From contig NW_027117342.1 of NCBI RefSeq assembly GCF_038025025.1, positions 744,001 to 808,000 of the forward strand: a stretch of 64,000 bases of DNA. Direction: 5' to 3'. This DNA comes from Phyllosticta citribraziliensis. Taxonomy: Eukaryota. Shown here piece by piece: positions 59,709-64,000 of the stretch. A program made the position numbers and the translations under genes. Below the pieces are notes generated by a model, which was not told the DNA's origin, searched no databases, and saw only the letters and a list, made by a program, of their open reading frames with translations. The first letter of the stretch is position 1. Every line of letters begins with the position of its first letter.

Positions 59709-61961
59709 TCAGGCCTTGCCCTTGTTGCGAGCTCTACGCAATTGCCTCTTCCTGGCAATGATGCGCGACGCCTTGGCAAGTTTCTCGTCTTTCGACGCAG
59801 ACTCCTCTGACTTTTTTGACGCACCGTCGTCATCACCCGCCCTCTTGCGCTTGCGTGAGTCCTTGTCACCTTTTTTGAAACCTCCCTTCTTCCCCTTGCC
59901 ATCCTTTCTCTTTGACCGAGAGTCTCCCTCCTCGTCTTTTTGTTCAGCCTTCTTTTGGCTCCGCTCGTACATCTTCTCCTCCATTTCTTTCCTTCGCTGC
60001 ACGACTTGAGCGTTCTCGATAGCAAACTCGACAATCAGCCTCTTCTTTCTCTCCTTGACATCTTCCGGAGACAGCTTCTTGCCCTTGCTGCTTTCAATGG
60101 CCGTGTAGTCAACCTCGTGACAGTTGAGCCACCGAAGACCCATGAGCGCATTGCGGTGCGTGTAGTACTCGATGAAGCCATAACCTCTGCTGCGACCGGC
60201 GCCGGAATACTCGTTCACCTTGCTGCCCTGCTTGTCTTCAAACACGATTTTGGCTTGCCTGACAATACCCTTGCCCCTCGATTTCCTCAGCTTTTCGGCC
60301 TCCTTCTGCTCTTGACCGTCTCTGACGAGCTCTTCTTTGGACAACGGTTGGCGCTTGCCTTCCTTCATGTCCGTGGAGAATCCAACGACGGCTTTACGGG
60401 CGAGCTGCTTGAGGTCCTTGGAAGTGATGGTGCGGGGAATGTTGCGGATCGACAGACGAGTCAAACTCATGTGCAGGGAAGGATTGCTTTCAATGAGCTT
60501 CTTGCGTTGCTTGGTACTGTCCTCACGCAGCTTGACCTCGGCCGGGGGCAACAGGTTGTACATGGGCGAGTTGGTTGCAATCGTGCCCTCGGAGAGTAGA
60601 TAGAGCCTGCGCTTGTCCTTGTCGCGTTTGTAGCGATGCTCGACACCCTCCGCAGTAAACCTTTCGGCCTGCGTTCGGTCGACTGCTTGCGTGATGTTCA
60701 AGACGCGGCCGTCCATGGTGTACTTTCCAGTGGGGTCGGCGTCCTCGTTTTGAAGTACTGATTGAGCGACGGCTGGACCGGGCTTTTCCTTGGAGGCCAT
60801 TCCCAGAGGATTTCTCGGTGCAGCCTTGAGACAGTTGATGGCATCCTCCTCATTGTAAAAGCAGACGAAACCAGTGCCTTTGGGCTTTTCCGTGTCTCGG
60901 TCAATGACGATTCTCGCGTAACGGACAGCTCCAAATTGTTCAAAGTGTTCCACCAAGTCTTCATCCACACACGTGAAAGGTAAGTTCCGTACGAAGAGGG
61001 TTGTATGGTTGGAGTCGCGTTGGTGTCGTGGGGCTTCCTCTTCGACCTCGTCGAACTCTTCATCCAATCCCTCGTCCTCTTCGTCTTCATCTTCGTCTTC
61101 ATCCACGTCCGACGAGACTTCATCCTCGTCTTCCTCTTCACCCGACGCAGCTTCCTTGTCTGAGTCGTCGGCCGCCTCATCAGTTTCAGCCTCCTCTTCC
61201 TGAGCGTCTTTTTGAACCTTTTGCCAAGTATCCTTGTCGACAGCCCAATCCACAGCCAGTGTTCTGCCGTCAATTTCCTTGCCGTTGATGGCCTCCAACG
61301 CCTTTTCGGCATTCTTCCGACCGCGCAAAGTCACAAAGCCATATCCGGCAAGCATGCCGCTGGCCTTCTTGGGGAGCGAAACATTCTTGATCTTGCCATA
61401 GCTCAAAAACAGCTTGGTCAGTTGTTCCTCCTTCTTGATGCTCCACGGCAGGTTGCGAACGATGAGCTTGCTCTGACTCTTCAGCGGATCCTGCGCTTGG
61501 TGCTTTTTGCCCTCCTTCGAAGGAGTAGCAGCCCCGGTTTGTGGGTCACGGTGACGGTGTTCCGCGACTTCGACGCGAATCTTGCGGCCTTCGACCTCCG
61601 ATCCGTCGAACTCTTCGCTCGCGCGCTGAGCGTCTTCGGCGTCGGCAAAGGTGACGAAACCATAGCCCTTGCACTGTTTGGATTCCTTGTCAAGGACCGC
61701 AACGGCGTGCTTGATGGGGTATGATTGCGAAAAGAGCTCGGTAAGGATTTCGGAGGTGACGGTGGCAGGGAGTCCGCGAATGAAGAGCTGGCGACGGTGT
61801 TTTACGGCGTTGGGGTCGTCGGCAAGCTTTTGCTCGGCCTGCTTTTGTTTCTGGTCTGTTGGAGTCGACTTCGTAGAGATTTCAGGCGAGTCATCGGTCG
61901 CGACGGCAGCGATAGCTTTGCCATCCTCGGAAAGACGTTGCTTCTTGCGGTGGGGACCCAT
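59709..61961 (-). CDS. NOP4: Nucleolar multi-RRM protein Nop4/RBM28
   Basis: Four RRMs (KGYGFVTF, GYGFV, KGTGFVCF, RGYGFIEY), acidic linker, DKRRLYLLSEG, RLIVEFAIEN; first ATG at 61961. Confidence 0.95.
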   Translation of the reverse strand: MGPHRKKQRLSEDGKAIAAVATDDSPEISTKSTPTDQKQKQAEQKLADDPNAVKHRRQLFIRGLPATVTSEILTELFSQSYPIKHAVAVLDKESKQCKGYGFVTFADAEDAQRASEEFDGSEVEGRKIRVEVAEHRHRDPQTGAATPSKEGKKHQAQDPLKSQSKLIVRNLPWSIKKEEQLTKLFLSYGKIKNVSLPKKASGMLAGYGFVTLRGRKNAEKALEAINGKEIDGRTLAVDWAVDKDTWQKVQKDAQEEEAETDEAADDSDKEAASGEEEDEDEVSSDVDEDEDEDEEDEGLDEEFDEVEEEAPRHQRDSNHTTLFVRNLPFTCVDEDLVEHFEQFGAVRYARIVIDRDTEKPKGTGFVCFYNEEDAINCLKAAPRNPLGMASKEKPGPAVAQSVLQNEDADPTGKYTMDGRVLNITQAVDRTQAERFTAEGVEHRYKRDKDKRRLYLLSEGTIATNSPMYNLLPPAEVKLREDSTKQRKKLIESNPSLHMSLTRLSIRNIPRTITSKDLKQLARKAVVGFSTDMKEGKRQPLSKEELVRDGQEQKEAEKLRKSRGKGIVRQAKIVFEDKQGSKVNEYSGAGRSRGYGFIEYYTHRNALMGLRWLNCHEVDYTAIESSKGKKLSPEDVKERKKRLIVEFAIENAQVVQRRKEMEEKMYERSQKKAEQKDEEGDSRSKRKDGKGKKGGFKKGDKDSRKRKRAGDDDGASKKSEESASKDEKLAKASRIIARKRQLRRARNKGKA

Positions 61962-62358
61962 GGCGGCGAATGTTGTGTTGCAGACTGGTGATGGAGGTCG
62001 GAAACCAAAAAAAGTTATGACCGGAGTTTTTTGCCGTCGGTCGCCGCCTTGAAGAGCCCGTGCATCAACGCTCGGACCATTTACAATCTTGACCAATGAT
62101 CTTGTGTCCTTTTGCACTTCATCTTCTGCCCTCCTTTCGCCATCAAACGAGAACCAATTTTTGCACTGCACATCTGCATCAGTATCCCTTACATTGTTTC
62201 CACATGCGAGGCTCTATGACAACAGTTGAGGAGCACGACAATATGAATTGAACCCAGAGGGATCCAGAGAGGCTTTTTATGCTCTTAGTCGCTCTGACTC
62301 TAGGACAAGGCTTGTAATGAGAGTCGTGCCACACACGATTCTGAGGTTCTGTTGATCA

Positions 62359-63600
62359 GGGCTCGAATGCTCTCTATTCCACTTGCAAGCTGAACCTAGA
62401 CGTTCCACAGCGGACAGGCAGTACATTACCTCTTTTGGCCAGGCAAAGTGACACGCCGTTTCAGCCAGCTCACCCGGCCGCCTGGGATTCAGCTTGCAAG
62501 CCGAACCTCAGATGTTCGATGGGAAATTCACCATCGAGATTATATCTTTTGACTACAGTGGCCCATCAGTGCCTCCGCATGACCAAAAAGATAATTCTAA
62601 CTTGCGCCGCAACTTCAAACGTCTGCTATCTCATAACACCATAGCGTCCCCATAATGGCCTGGGGTTCTCATAACGCCCCACACCCCTAATAACGCCTCT
62701 AGACGTACAATGTCACCTGAATACCAGAATCACCCCTTCCAGCTTGGCTTAAAAAGGCAATTCACTGCAGGTTCGGCCAACATCAAACGTCTAAAGCAAA
62801 ATGTGCCAACGACTCCAGTCGGTAGGTCGTGATTTTCCTTCAAACGTTTGGTAATGGATTCAAACCTGCCTCTTTTAGCGGCTGTAATGGCACATCCAAC
62901 TTGCAAGCTGAATCTCAGATGTTCGACGTTGGACGGACGTAGGATTTCCCGTTTTAGGTCAAAAAAGAGACTACCAGACAGCAGGTTCAGCCTGCAAGCT
63001 GAATCCAGACGTACCGTCCAACATCAAACGTCTGAAGCAAAAATTGAACCCACCGACTGCAGTTGATAGAGCATTCGGCCTCAGACGTTTAACGATGGAC
63101 TCAAAATTACCCCTTTGGGCCACCTGTGAACGCCAACATCAAACATCTAGAGAGATTCGCGGATATCTTCATTCGGCGGCCCAAAACGGCAATCCCTCCA
63201 ATTTCAGACGTTTGACGGTGGACTCACTGTCGGAATTGCCTCTTTGGGCCACCTGTGAACACCAACATCAAACATCTAGAGATTTTCGCGAATATCTTCA
63301 TTCGGCGGCCCAAAACGGCAATGCGTCCAACATCAGACGTTTGACAGCGGACTCAAGATTGCCTCTTTGGGCCACCCGTGAACGCCAACACCAAATGTCT
63401 CGAGAGATTCACGAATATCTTCATCTGGCGGCCCAAAACGGCAATCCCTCCAATGTCAGACGTTCGACGATGGACTCACCGTCCAAATTACCTCTTTCGG
63501 CCACAGCTCGGCCGGCGGTCCGAGATGCAACTTGCAAGCCGAACCTCAGACGTTCGACGGTGGACTCACTGGTGTCCAAATTACCTCTTTCGGCCAAGTC
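62359..63600. repeat. Structured repeat region; tandem units of 123/129/123/90 bp from 63081 plus degenerate upstream copies
   Basis: TCAGACGTT at 63081, 63204, 63333, 63456, 63546; related motifs at about 62397, 62507, 62611, 62780, 62915, 63020. Confidence 0.92.
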
Positions 63601-63740
63601 AAGTAGAGCACGGAACCAGCCTACGGACGAACGGATTTGAAAGGGTCGGTTATTAATTCGTTGGCTTTACTGTATTTGCTCTATATGACTTGATGTCAAA
63701 TCAAATCACCGCTACCGTCCCGACCCACCAGCTGTGTCTA

Positions 63741-63765
63741 CCCCCCCCCCCCCCCCCCCCCCCCC
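63741..63765. repeat. C25 homopolymer
   Basis: 25 consecutive C. Confidence 0.95.
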
Positions 63766-64000
63766 AGCCGACCGCCGCTCATCCACGTCAGCAACCCAAA
63801 AGCGTCAAACCAAATCTCCACACATGTCCAATCCCAACTCAATCCACCTGTCATCCAAGCATTGCCCATCCATCATCCCATCCGACGTAAGAGAAAACAG
63901 AGAAAACACCGTCAAATGCGCAACAAGGACCGCCTGACTCAAGTGCCTTGATAATTAAAAGAGCTGGAGAGAAACATGACGCAACGAGGGATTTTTTGTC

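Noticed and set aside
61962..62171. 70-aa N-terminal extension of NOP4 in the ORF track
   Set aside because: Starts at GTG and looks like promoter/UTR; first ATG in good context is at 61961
63081..63600. CRISPR-like array, or a confident CDS for ORF 63044..63640
   Set aside because: Inter-motif sequences are homologous rather than unique; the ORF has a non-ATG start and related copies at 28.4-29.3 and 62.4-63.0 kb are not open
1..64000. tRNA, rRNA, LTR or telomeric repeats
   Set aside because: None recognised by eye; a covariance-model scan was not possible

Overview
Filamentous-ascomycete (intron-containing, GC-rich) genomic DNA with two sharply different compartments. 33.0-62.0 kb is a dense block of 13 ordinary conserved genes: SGNH/CE16-type esterase, Pol delta subunit 3 (Pol32/Cdc27), tubulin cofactor D, ammonium transporter, peroxisomal Lon, RRN6-like, SPC25, DHX35-like DEAH helicase, CUE5-like, agmatinase-family enzyme, cytochrome-b5-like steroid/heme-binding protein, a small Cys-rich protein and NOP4. 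1-32.4 kb (open to the left) is an accessory island with no recognisable housekeeping gene and no recognisable transposase. It is built from repeated, mostly decaying copies of a small gene set: five loci (probably six copies) of a Upf1/DNA2-NAM7-like SF1B helicase, four paralogues of a ~300-aa family I cannot assign, two or three small paralogues with a 5'-UTR intron, SIM/SUMO-motif proteins, a SNF2 remnant and a Rho_N/HeH-like protein. It also carries inverted-repeat pairs bracketing helicase fragments, a dispersed GAATGCTC motif and local RIP-like mutation. A structured repeat family with interleaved inverted motifs occurs at 28.4-29.35 kb and again at 62.36-63.6 kb, on both sides of the conserved block. 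All calls come from reading the sequence by eye; no database search was run and exon boundaries are approximate.
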